64,000 bases of DNA, from assembly GCA_022703645.1 (NCBI GenBank), contig JAKLDG010000001.1:338814-402813 (forward strand), read 5' to 3'. The translations under genes and the position numbers were made by a program. Source of the stretch: Patescibacteria group bacterium (lineage in GTDB: Bacteria > Patescibacteriota > JACPGU01). Below, one piece after another: positions 55,501 to 61,362 of this stretch (position 1 is the stretch's first letter; every line of letters begins with the position of its first letter). The notes under the pieces were generated by a model. It was given only the letters and a program-made list of their open reading frames with translations, was not told the origin of the DNA and did not search any database.

Positions 55501-57534
55501 ACTGATGGCAATCTGGTAGACGGTACGGTATATAATTATCTTGATTCAGTAGATGGGGGAACGATTATTTATAAATCAAACATTGATCCTAATGGTATGT
55601 CTGATATCTCAACTACAATAACTGGCCATACTTACTGCTACAAGATGTTCGTAGAGTATAATGGAGAAACTACTAATACTATCTATTCTAATGAAATGTA
55701 CTTTCAAATCACTCCTCCAAATAATCCTCCGACTCTTTCCGCTCTTTCTGTTGTTCAAACAATAGGTAGTGACGATGTTGTAATCGGATTTACTATTAAT
55801 GATCCGGATGGAATTGACGCTGGCAATCTCTCAGTCGCTTTATCAATTGTTAACCCTCCAGAAGGATGCAGTATCGGTACAATATCTGGTTCTTTGACTG
55901 GTTTATCAAATGGTAGTTATTCGGTTACTTGGACTGATGCCGATACTACTTGCCCTGGGCTTGAATTATCTAATGCTGGTTTAGAGTTTATTGCTCACGA
56001 CCTGATAGATTATTCATCTGCGCAGATAAGCAGTTTTTTACTCGACACTAAAGCGCCTACACTAATAGAGGGGCTAACATATGACCCACCAACCGCAGAT
56101 ACTATTGTAGTACGCCTAAGCACCAATACATTCTTCTTAAATCCTTTGAGTGTTGATCAAAATCTAAAAGGAGGAGGAAATAGCTTTAAGATTTACTACA
56201 AACAAGACAGTACCGTTTCAGAATCCGATACACAATTAGCTGCCTTTGATAATTATATCTTAGGGCAAGACTATACGGCCACACCATTAGGATCTAATTC
56301 ACAATATTCATTTAATATCTGGGCTTATGATAACTATGGACATAAGACAGCATATACTGATCCAGTCAAGCCAACTACCAGCGGTCTCAACGGACCACCA
56401 GTAGTACAATATGTTGCTCAACCAGTCCAAGCTGCTGGTACTGGTAATATCAATTTCAGTTTTGAAGTAAAAGATCCAGACTCGGATGGTTTAACTATCA
56501 CATTCTCACTAATTAATAATCCAGTCGGTTGCAGTATCTCTGGCGTTACTGGGTTTACCAATCCTGTATCCTCCACCAGTACTTTTGCAACAATTATCTC
56601 CAGCTGGAATGCGAAATTAACTTGTGATGGAGCGGATCAGTCTGACCTCAAGATCAGAATTAGCGCGGATGATGGAAACGGACATACAGCAACTATTGAT
56701 TCAGATCCATTTACTATCGATACGAAAAATCCTGTCTCTCCAGGAAACCTATCATTCCCAGCAGGAACTACTTTTGCGAATCAGGTTAGTGTAAAGACAA
56801 ATACTATTTCCGGTAGCGATACTAATGCCGATGATTGGCATGTATATAGGGTTGATGGAAATACTTTCCCAACGGATCCATTCTCTCCTGCTCTAACTCC
56901 AATTAAATTATATGATCCTTATATACCAGATGACGTATTTATTGATTCGGGGTTAACGCCAGATTCTGATTATACTTATAATATCTGCCTGCATGATACT
57001 TTTATGAACTTTACCTGCGCAACATCGCAAACTATTCATACACCAGCTTCAATATTAAGCTTTAATATTCTTGGTATTGCCAGTGGAATATCGGTTGGAG
57101 TTGAAACAACTAATATCACTACTACTTCTACAACAATTCCTTTTGGCAGTACTACAGTAGGGGATACAAAGGTTGGAGCGCTTGATCTACAAGGCACAAC
57201 AAATCTGGTTAATGGATATACTATTGATATCAGACAAGACCAAGATTTAACATCAGGAGGCAACACTATTCCTGCCCTTACCTCTACTAACGCTAGTCCG
57301 CAAGTATGGCCACCAACTCCAATTAGTTCTTTCTTTGGATATTCATCAATCAATCTTTCCAGATTTTCAAATGGCGTTAATTGGGCAGGATTAACTTTGT
57401 CTGACCTACCGATAGTAACACAGATAAACGGGACTCATGATGATGATGTTTTATTCAAATTATCCACCAAGAGTCCTCAACCAGCAGGAACTTATCAAAA
57501 CACCATTACTTTCTCAATAATGGCGAATCCGTAG
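46501..57534 (+). CDS. giant (3,677 aa) adhesin-like surface protein: N-terminal TM/signal, Gly-rich beta-helix-like region, two LamG/ConA-like lectin domains, ~7 FN3-like and ~5 Ig-like repeats
   Basis: LamG signatures (GAFTIDTWIYPKS...YMDEFRISKG; GDFTIDFWANFS...YLDEFRIIKG); FN3-like units with WTAP...CYKI(F/Y)xQY; Ig-like units ending F(S/L)LDTKAP; Gly-rich GGYAGGSYGGRGGN. Confidence 0.75.
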   Translation: MIVVKKKKIPLRPFLILLVLIAGFTLSLGLKPNEKIKAAYSNPCKTAGTYAGYVVDANLNVIIPAYNNAVFGDTFYDSTSKEIHCKSITIETGATLDISPKTTGASKTGGTNYRRLVLDGDLNIASGGTLNLYGGNIYNTGGLNGTGITNDGKGYGMNVMVGGNVLVESGGWISADGKGYEHSKGPGAGVAEPGSQGAAYGGAGPDGTNCYGKYYGSVSDPIELGSGSSLGVGGGVVDITAAGTILIRGVGKITANSIGEGSGGSVRLSANTISSTIDGVNIPSITANGGSGSYYSGGGRIALFYNSSNFGGDIKAIANAYGGAGTVFKKKNIEAYGDLIITNNYQDHTDNPPDYTPYAYTKIGKTKIDSGTYKNITVNKRANAIIESSNIVNINGGTFEVNNSKLENKGTLASQTSAEKFLAKNTARILNSGTGLFSLSANSNAIFDGIDTYFENQNNIIQNFANLTISNGAVMSHAVNDATGVTNCLRNSIDNPVGGAIPPCEYKDWGDGYGKHWNQKYTLRINATSVNIDNKSSIDVSQKGFQTLPGTSGFGPGGSSTAYSIGGYAGGSYGGRGGNDNTGGVSADIYGDSDGDLNNPNDLGSSGDTGYTAGGLVRITVLGDIVNNGSILSNSGTVSNGFAGGSGGGIRLDADRILGAGKISANGMPGTIDLAKGGGGGGRIAITYKTTKDFYGPITAYGGSTDGGPGTILFANNSSGALIDKELVISNSVLNDNPTKIGGGTYKNITVKNTSPTLTDLTLAAIVSGQSVVMQDGGNFEVNQTNLTNSGTISLLAGTSNLVIKGKSNFINIGPTASPGINANSTSKVILDNANFENKNNIEQNFGNLYIQNGAILTHTQNDYLTVNCVNTSCTNQDLGDGNGMHYNQAYTLRIHANNALIDKFSAINVDGKGYDMGRGPGNNGSANSAGSYGGAASSGDSTYGLADNPNDLGSGGYSGSYGDNTGGGLVRVRADGNITVDGFISSDTTSAGSFDGASGGGIKLIANSILGSGSISASSNLTSGNIGGGGRISLIATQKNYSGTVSVNRGGTGANYGTIYDSLAIPTTYGPSATPLTYNTKLSNNTPYIKADSSATTIGVDEGNAVSTGYTPDSDTSLLLKMDNWGDGLIYDSSAKSIPVIKYGTTSFSDTVLKTGTHSLLFNGSTGRLIPDGTFTSNFQYGTGAFTIDTWIYPKSVTTLQTIYSQKNSATPTTNASSLQITTTGQLKYTENGVSIISPVSTIKLGSDVGWQHVALVRDNLGVERLFYNGSVVGTQSSTYSKFSDVGIGCLYQSTNTLFYNGYMDEFRISKGVARWTSDFIPLSDDGNWEKLNLRATRTNPSSDTKLLLHLDGTNGSTTYTDSSPSNHTILRYNTPTISTNTSKFGGASGAFPRVTSPYFDYIYANDNVNDWTFGAGDFTIDFWANFSDNVRQGVLAIGSGAYAPIAFEVVSNNLNVYMTSNGSSWDIASGQPVGQTFGPVTPGVWVHYALTRNGNTFYLFVNGTTVNSFMSSLSLWNNSGALYIGQYFGSVTAFKGYLDEFRIIKGRAAWSNNFTPSTTPYEIYDDPSFNGTVDIGIIDNLAGEYVFSGCNGANCTFSDSKVTARFINGIANLAVKVKDKRDGQIKHHGFSGLKINSVSNVSYINNNQITGAIEIQDRTPERSIPSGPAPAGSITKGTAGATIFPMGAGFSIINNSKGTSQSQQDLGGNLVVRGPLASAPYRLYLDKNIMYKRGDYLNSDGTISSVATDYQVVCVNTADYTQTKIRCNDDLSTSAIPSGLRNYGIYTFNKTYNFYTQNETSNYSAPSISQVLIPASNPTVPVISPLTITPTNGKLNLSWNNPIDNIGQTKTLIVRGIDSIPTFVPSDGTDYNTWSNTTVTGEEMIYDSTNVGAGSEVKNFDDANVFFGTRYCYTIYAQYIGYIYSVGTSACSTLTSIIDPPVNPTITIQGMMINIGWTAPPSGNPDNYLIVRKKGTTEPNWNPTGETADYNIGDTVGDGVVVCKGFSCTDQNVNVNTLPTQYYYKIYAQYGTAAPFSYSVGSTAVSGNPNPENPQKFDNTNEATPSVTLDNLSGPYTPLNTFKIANYLVWKATTPADCSGAWTPTNGADYSGVQGTGNIIYKNPAAPISYIDTAVTNGVGYCYKIFVQYNGETINTTDLMYSSGLSLWTQPPNHNPTISVNSITQTIGTDNVVINFNVNDIDPSDNGKLSVGFAVTNPVSGCSISTLTGPITNLGVGAHSVTWTATTTNGTAGDCPGVEMLAGSAQLTATVSDFIGATGTASPTFSLDTKAPIASSSLILSSKNSNSITVATGATGATDGNIKTTAAYKVYYKQGSTVDEVSGTQILPNINSYVAGQIFTASSLITNQQYSFNIWAYDNYGHKTAATVLNVSTKGKSVTGFTAIVQGMRVHLSWDAMLPAPDKHLVIRKKGTSASTWTPTDGIGIYAAGNTVDADTIVVYHGTGVTLDDDAVDGAAYTYTIFANYSGNLYSEGVSAPSITPNALNASLSAPAYIPNGSNYDIALNWVAPTPSYSLQKYVVVREVGSPTCLIEWTPTKDNNYNALDPTGFTNEEIIYSGTGTTTTDNMGGTGVSSGTNVCYKIFTQYLGDDLAVPTNLVYSAGIAATYVPPNLPPEIEIGSVTALQTTGTENIVIAYRVRDSDSTNLNITFSMIDPGGSTCQMNLTDNLAGIDGTYYTHTATWNAGLAGECPGFEVTNAVIQVTASDSLNSVSQNSAPFLLDTLSPRLPTPTVSNFNLTNFSSTGDKIFFNLGSNSTTDTNALNYKIYYASGGSVDETGILITGAPIAFTPGAAYSVTGLTPGQNYTFNIWAYDKYGHKTSATSVTYSTIVPAPASFSVTPHGMRLSLTWTAPVGGTPDYYLIVRKANSDPIIAPANGSTYNLGDILSGGMVVYNSTGTSLDDDNIDDGPYYYRIYAHYSNGNFSPALAGNAIAVAEGPNTFSATSSPAPVVTYIDTPPTNNFSFENYLIWKKEQPSCTTDGNLVDGTVYNYLDSVDGGTIIYKSNIDPNGMSDISTTITGHTYCYKMFVEYNGETTNTIYSNEMYFQITPPNNPPTLSALSVVQTIGSDDVVIGFTINDPDGIDAGNLSVALSIVNPPEGCSIGTISGSLTGLSNGSYSVTWTDADTTCPGLELSNAGLEFIAHDLIDYSSAQISSFLLDTKAPTLIEGLTYDPPTADTIVVRLSTNTFFLNPLSVDQNLKGGGNSFKIYYKQDSTVSESDTQLAAFDNYILGQDYTATPLGSNSQYSFNIWAYDNYGHKTAYTDPVKPTTSGLNGPPVVQYVAQPVQAAGTGNINFSFEVKDPDSDGLTITFSLINNPVGCSISGVTGFTNPVSSTSTFATIISSWNAKLTCDGADQSDLKIRISADDGNGHTATIDSDPFTIDTKNPVSPGNLSFPAGTTFANQVSVKTNTISGSDTNADDWHVYRVDGNTFPTDPFSPALTPIKLYDPYIPDDVFIDSGLTPDSDYTYNICLHDTFMNFTCATSQTIHTPASILSFNILGIASGISVGVETTNITTTSTTIPFGSTTVGDTKVGALDLQGTTNLVNGYTIDIRQDQDLTSGGNTIPALTSTNASPQVWPPTPISSFFGYSSINLSRFSNGVNWAGLTLSDLPIVTQINGTHDDDVLFKLSTKSPQPAGTYQNTITFSIMANP

Positions 57535-57575
57535 AAACAATTAATCAAGAAAACAAAAAAAACAACAAATCAAAT

Positions 57576-58289
57576 ATGCTAAAAAAAATATCTACAACCC
57601 TTCTCATTACTGCTTCCATATTAATATTCTCCAACCAAGCCTTGGCGCAAGAAACTACTAACACTATCAGCTCTTCTGTTTCTCCAGCGTTAATTAGTCT
57701 CAAATTAGATAAAGGAGAAACTAAAAGCTCTTCTTATGAGTATGTCAATGGTACTGATGATAATCTTATAATTACTATTAGCACTAGAGCCTTTGCTCCT
57801 AGTAATGGGGAACATGGAACCCCGCTATTTATAGACAAAGATGGAAAAAAGGTTACTTCACCCTTAACCAGTTGGATTAAATTAAATGAGAGTAGTATGA
57901 GTGTTAAGAAAGGGGAGAAAGCAACTGTAAACTTTCAGATTAATGTTCCTTCTGATGCAAAAGAAGGCAAATACTTTGCAGCTATATTTAATACAGAAAC
58001 TGATGGGGGGTCAGATAGCGGTTCATTAGTAAAGAAAGAGTTGGGAGTTACTCTGGTTGTTGAAGTTCTCGCCCCCAAACCAATACCAGGCACTACTACA
58101 ACCACATGGCAGAAAGACAATCTTCTTTCCTATATTATTTTTGGTGCTGCGTTATTGGCATTACTATTATTAATTGCTGCGATATTTAAGAGGAAAAAGA
58201 AAACTCCAAAATTCTTCCCGGAAGAGGAAAGGAAAGAGTTAGTAAAGAAAGTAAAACGAAAAGTAAAAATCACCAAAAATAAAAAATAG
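57576..58289 (+). CDS. cell-surface protein with signal peptide, beta-rich ectodomain, C-terminal TM anchor and Lys-rich cytoplasmic tail
   Basis: signal peptide ...SNQALA; C-terminal LLSYIIFGAALLALLLLIAAIFKRKKK. Confidence 0.5.
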   Translation: MLKKISTTLLITASILIFSNQALAQETTNTISSSVSPALISLKLDKGETKSSSYEYVNGTDDNLIITISTRAFAPSNGEHGTPLFIDKDGKKVTSPLTSWIKLNESSMSVKKGEKATVNFQINVPSDAKEGKYFAAIFNTETDGGSDSGSLVKKELGVTLVVEVLAPKPIPGTTTTTWQKDNLLSYIIFGAALLALLLLIAAIFKRKKKTPKFFPEEERKELVKKVKRKVKITKNKK

Positions 58290-58321
58290 CTCTAATTCGC
58301 TCTAAATGATATAATATAGCA

Positions 58322-59179
58322 ATGAGCAATCAAGACGATGTCCGCATAAATATTTTAGGAATTCCTATCGATCGGGTAGGTTATATTGATGTTTTAGATA
58401 AGATTGAATACTATATAAAAAAAGGCGGGTATCACTATATCGCAACGGTTAATCCAGAGTTTATTATGCACGCGGCGCAAGATAGCGAGTTTAAAAAAGC
58501 ACTACAAAATTCGAACTTAAATACAGCTGATGGCGTCGGAATCGTATGGGCAAGTAAATATCTTGCGAAAACTCAAAAATCAAATCTCAAATCTCAAAAT
58601 TTAAGCATCACTTCGCGATTTATTTATAAAATCAAAAAGATATTCTGGTTGAAAATTTCTTTGTTCTCAATTTTATTTAACCGTCGTTGGCTCTATTCTG
58701 AAATTCCGGAGCGTGTTACCGGAGCAGACCTGATCTGGAAAATAGCAAAAAAAGCGCAAGATGAAGGCTGGAAAATTTTCCTACTTGGAGCAGGGGAGGG
58801 AGTCGCGGGAAACGTTGCGGGAAAATTGAAATCAAAATTCCCGAAAATTAATATTGTCGGTACTTATTCAGGCCGCCCGGAAGAAGAGGGGATTGCTGAT
58901 AGAGTTGCCGGATATGAACCGGATATTTTGTTTGTTGCTTTTGGCTCTCCTCGACAGGAAAAATTCATTTATAACAATTTGGATAAGCTCAATGCAAAAG
59001 TTGTTATTGGAGTCGGTGGAACATTTGATTTTATTGCTGGGCTAGCAAGAAGAGCGCCAAGATTTATGAGGAGATTCGGAATTGAATGGTTATGGAGACT
59101 TGTCTGCCAACCATTTCGAATCGGCAGAATTATCAACGCTTTTCCAAAATTTGTCTGGAAAGTTTGGAGGGGTAAATAA
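58322..59179 (+). CDS. WecB/TagA/CpsF-family glycosyltransferase
   Basis: INILGIPIDRVGYIDVLDKI...YHYIATVNPEFIMHA matches WecG/TagA N-terminal signature. Confidence 0.8.
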   Translation: MSNQDDVRINILGIPIDRVGYIDVLDKIEYYIKKGGYHYIATVNPEFIMHAAQDSEFKKALQNSNLNTADGVGIVWASKYLAKTQKSNLKSQNLSITSRFIYKIKKIFWLKISLFSILFNRRWLYSEIPERVTGADLIWKIAKKAQDEGWKIFLLGAGEGVAGNVAGKLKSKFPKINIVGTYSGRPEEEGIADRVAGYEPDILFVAFGSPRQEKFIYNNLDKLNAKVVIGVGGTFDFIAGLARRAPRFMRRFGIEWLWRLVCQPFRIGRIINAFPKFVWKVWRGK

Positions 59180-59218
59180 TTTGACAAGTAAATTTGGATG
59201 TTGTAAAATAGAAATATA

Positions 59219-59245
59219 ATAGAGTAGAAATACTCTGTTTTTTTG
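59219..59245 (+). terminator. terminator-like hairpin AGAGTA-gaaa-TACTCT + T8
   Basis: 6-bp stem and long T-run after tagA-like gene. Confidence 0.5.
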
Positions 59246-59301
59246 TTTTTAAAATTAATACGAAGAAAAAATCTATACCAATAATTAATATACTATAATA
59301 G

Positions 59302-59335
59302 GATTTTTTCTTAAGAGGAGGAATTTTACGAAAGC
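59302..59335 (+). promoter_or_regulatory. conserved 35-nt 5' leader motif (copy 2, upstream of nusA) immediately after TATAAT (59294..59299)
   Basis: GATTTTTTCTTAAGAGGAGGAATTTTACGAAAGCT; see copy 1 at 40655. Confidence 0.5.
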
Positions 59336-59393
59336 TGGAGCAAACAAAATTTTTTAAATTTTGGATGCGAAAGTGAGAGTAAAATTGTGACGA

Positions 59394-60602
59394 ATGAACG
59401 AAGAATTTATTTCCGCTCTCGAACAAATCGCTGAAGAGAAAAAAATTAGCAAAGAATCTATTCTGGAGGCTACTGAATCAGCCCTAGCGGCAGCATACCG
59501 TAAAGATTATGCAAAGCCGTCCCAGACAATCAGATGTAAAATCGACCCCGTAAAAGGTACTACAGAATTCTGGTTGGAGAAGAAGATTGTCGAAGAAGTT
59601 GCCGACGAAAACGCAGAAATATTGCTTGCTGACGCGCTAAAAGAAGACAAAGATGCGGTTATCGATGGTGTTATCAAATACCCGCTGCCAACCAAAGAAG
59701 ATTTTGGCAGAATAGCAGCGCAGACTGCAAAGCAGGTTATTATCCAGAAGCTTAAGGAGGTTGAGCGCGAAGTTGTATTTGATGAATACAAAACACTTGA
59801 AGGCAAACTTTTAAATGGAGTTGTCCAACAGATTGAAGGCGGAAATATTATTGTTGATTTGGGAAGAGCAAATGGCGTTATGTTTCCATCAGAACAAATC
59901 ACCGGTGAAAATTACCGGGTGGGACAAAGAATAAAAGTACTACTTCTACGAGTTGAACAAACAAACAAGGGTCCGCAAATTATGGTTAGCCGCGCGGCTG
60001 ATGATGTTATTAAATATTTATTTATGATTGAAGTTCCAGAAATTGAAGCTGGGTCAGTCGCTATAATGGGAATCGCAAGAGAAGCGGGGGTAAGAACAAA
60101 AATGTCAGTGCGAGCGCTTCAGGAAGGTGTTGACCCAGTTGGATCTTGCGTTGGACAACGTGGCACACGCGTACAAGCAGTTCTTGGTGAAATTGGCAAC
60201 GAAAAAATAGACATTGTGCTCTGGAATGAAGAACCGGAAACATATATTGCAAATGCATTATCTCCGGCCAAAATAGATAGTGTTAAATTAAATAAGAGAG
60301 CAAAAGAAGCTTTAGTTATTGTAAACCCAGACCAATTATCTTTAGCAATCGGTAAAAACGGACAAAACGTTCGCCTTGCCGCTAGATTAACTGATTGGAA
60401 AATAGATGTTATTGAAGTTGGTTCTGAGGCGGCAAAAAGTTTTAAAGAAGATAAAGATGAAGAACAAGAAAAGAAGAAAGTAAAAAAAGAAGAAAGTAAA
60501 AAGAAAAAGAAAAATATAAAGGAGGGAAAAGAGAAAGAACCGGAGAAAAATAAGAAAGAGAAAAAGTCTGCAACAAAGAAAAAAGAAACTGAGAAAAAAT
60601 AA
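59394..60602 (+). CDS. nusA: transcription termination/antitermination factor NusA with Lys/Glu-rich C-terminal tail
   Basis: NusA N-domain, S1 (GKLLNGVVQQIEGGNIIVDLG) and two KH domains (GSCVGQRGTRVQAV...; ALSPAKIDSV), KE-rich tail. Confidence 0.9.
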   Translation: MNEEFISALEQIAEEKKISKESILEATESALAAAYRKDYAKPSQTIRCKIDPVKGTTEFWLEKKIVEEVADENAEILLADALKEDKDAVIDGVIKYPLPTKEDFGRIAAQTAKQVIIQKLKEVEREVVFDEYKTLEGKLLNGVVQQIEGGNIIVDLGRANGVMFPSEQITGENYRVGQRIKVLLLRVEQTNKGPQIMVSRAADDVIKYLFMIEVPEIEAGSVAIMGIAREAGVRTKMSVRALQEGVDPVGSCVGQRGTRVQAVLGEIGNEKIDIVLWNEEPETYIANALSPAKIDSVKLNKRAKEALVIVNPDQLSLAIGKNGQNVRLAARLTDWKIDVIEVGSEAAKSFKEDKDEEQEKKKVKKEESKKKKKNIKEGKEKEPEKNKKEKKSATKKKETEKK

Positions 60603-60629
60603 AACACTATAAAAGGAGGTTACCTTTTA

Positions 60630-60851
60630 ATGGCGTATTTTAACATCGCGCTATTTTTGAAAGCATTTGTACCTGCGTGTGTGATTGCCAGTGCTTATGA
60701 TTTTTTATTTATATGGATATATAGAAAAAAGGAAAAAGATGTAAAATATCTGAGGTCATACATCTATGTAATCCTAATCTTCGCAGCGGTTTTTCTTGTT
60801 AGTTATTGGGTTAATTCCGACATAACGGTTTTTACGGATAGTTTAAAATAA
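60630..60851 (+). CDS. small membrane protein
   Basis: ORF track; AGGAGG Shine-Dalgarno; 2 TM. Confidence 0.35.
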   Translation: MAYFNIALFLKAFVPACVIASAYDFLFIWIYRKKEKDVKYLRSYIYVILIFAAVFLVSYWVNSDITVFTDSLK

Positions 60852-60872
60852 ACCGAAAAATTAGAATAGGAG

Positions 60873-61091
60873 GTGGTTGCTATCGATATCAATCTATATC
60901 TTATATTTATTTTTATTGCCGCCTTTCCCGCCTCATATATCGGATTATTAATTAAGAATTATATAGATTATAAAGAAAAAAGAGGGTGGCAGTGGAAGGC
61001 AGCACACCTTCTAATTGATCTTACTGTCTGGGCGCTATTTTTCTTGATTATTCAATTTATTGCAATCCATATTTTTAAATTAAAAGTCTGA
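60873..61091 (+). CDS. small membrane protein
   Basis: ORF track; AGGAGG Shine-Dalgarno; 2 TM. Confidence 0.35.
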   Translation: MVAIDINLYLIFIFIAAFPASYIGLLIKNYIDYKEKRGWQWKAAHLLIDLTVWALFFLIIQFIAIHIFKLKV

Positions 61092-61111
61092 GATTCAAAG
61101 ATATAATTTCC

Positions 61112-61141
61112 TTAGCCGCTTTAAAGCGGCTTTTTATTTTT
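61112..61141 (+). terminator. rho-independent terminator (AGCCGCTTT/AAAGCGGCT palindrome + T-run)
   Basis: perfect 9-bp stem followed by TTTTTATTTTT. Confidence 0.7.
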
Positions 61142-61151
61142 CAATGAAATA

Positions 61152-61180
61152 TTGACAAATATTTTGCGTATTTATATAAT
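61152..61180 (+). promoter_or_regulatory. consensus sigma70 promoter TTGACA -17 nt- TATAAT for clpC
   Basis: exact -35 and -10 hexamers with 17-nt spacer; CIRCE begins 5 nt downstream. Confidence 0.75.
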
Positions 61181-61184
61181 AGAG

Positions 61185-61211
61185 TTAGCACTCAACAGGA
61201 CAGAGTGCTAA
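61185..61211 (+). promoter_or_regulatory. CIRCE element (HrcA operator) TTAGCACTC-N9-GAGTGCTAA
   Basis: perfect match to the CIRCE consensus inverted repeat with 9-nt spacer, positioned at the predicted transcription start of clpC. Confidence 0.85.
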
Positions 61212-61219
61212 AGCACTCT

Positions 61220-61292
61220 AAATAACCAATACCCAATTGAATATTGAAAAATTGGATATTGATTGGATATTGGTCATTGGATATTAAACATT
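61220..61292. repeat. CCAATA/TATTGG palindromic repeat cluster (copy 3) in clpC 5' leader
   Basis: AACCAATACCCAATTGAATATT...AATTGGATATTGATTGGATATTGGTCATTGGATATT. Confidence 0.6.
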
Positions 61293-61362
61293 TTTATTCA
61301 AACAAAGTATTACTTAAATAAAATTTATATAGTAAGATTATAACTACAGGAGGATTAATTAT

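Noticed and set aside
46501-57534. Diversity-generating retroelement targeting the giant surface gene
   Set aside because: There is no reverse transcriptase gene in the window. The intragenic repeats differ at all base types, not selectively at adenines, and no C-type-lectin variable region was seen at the C-terminus.
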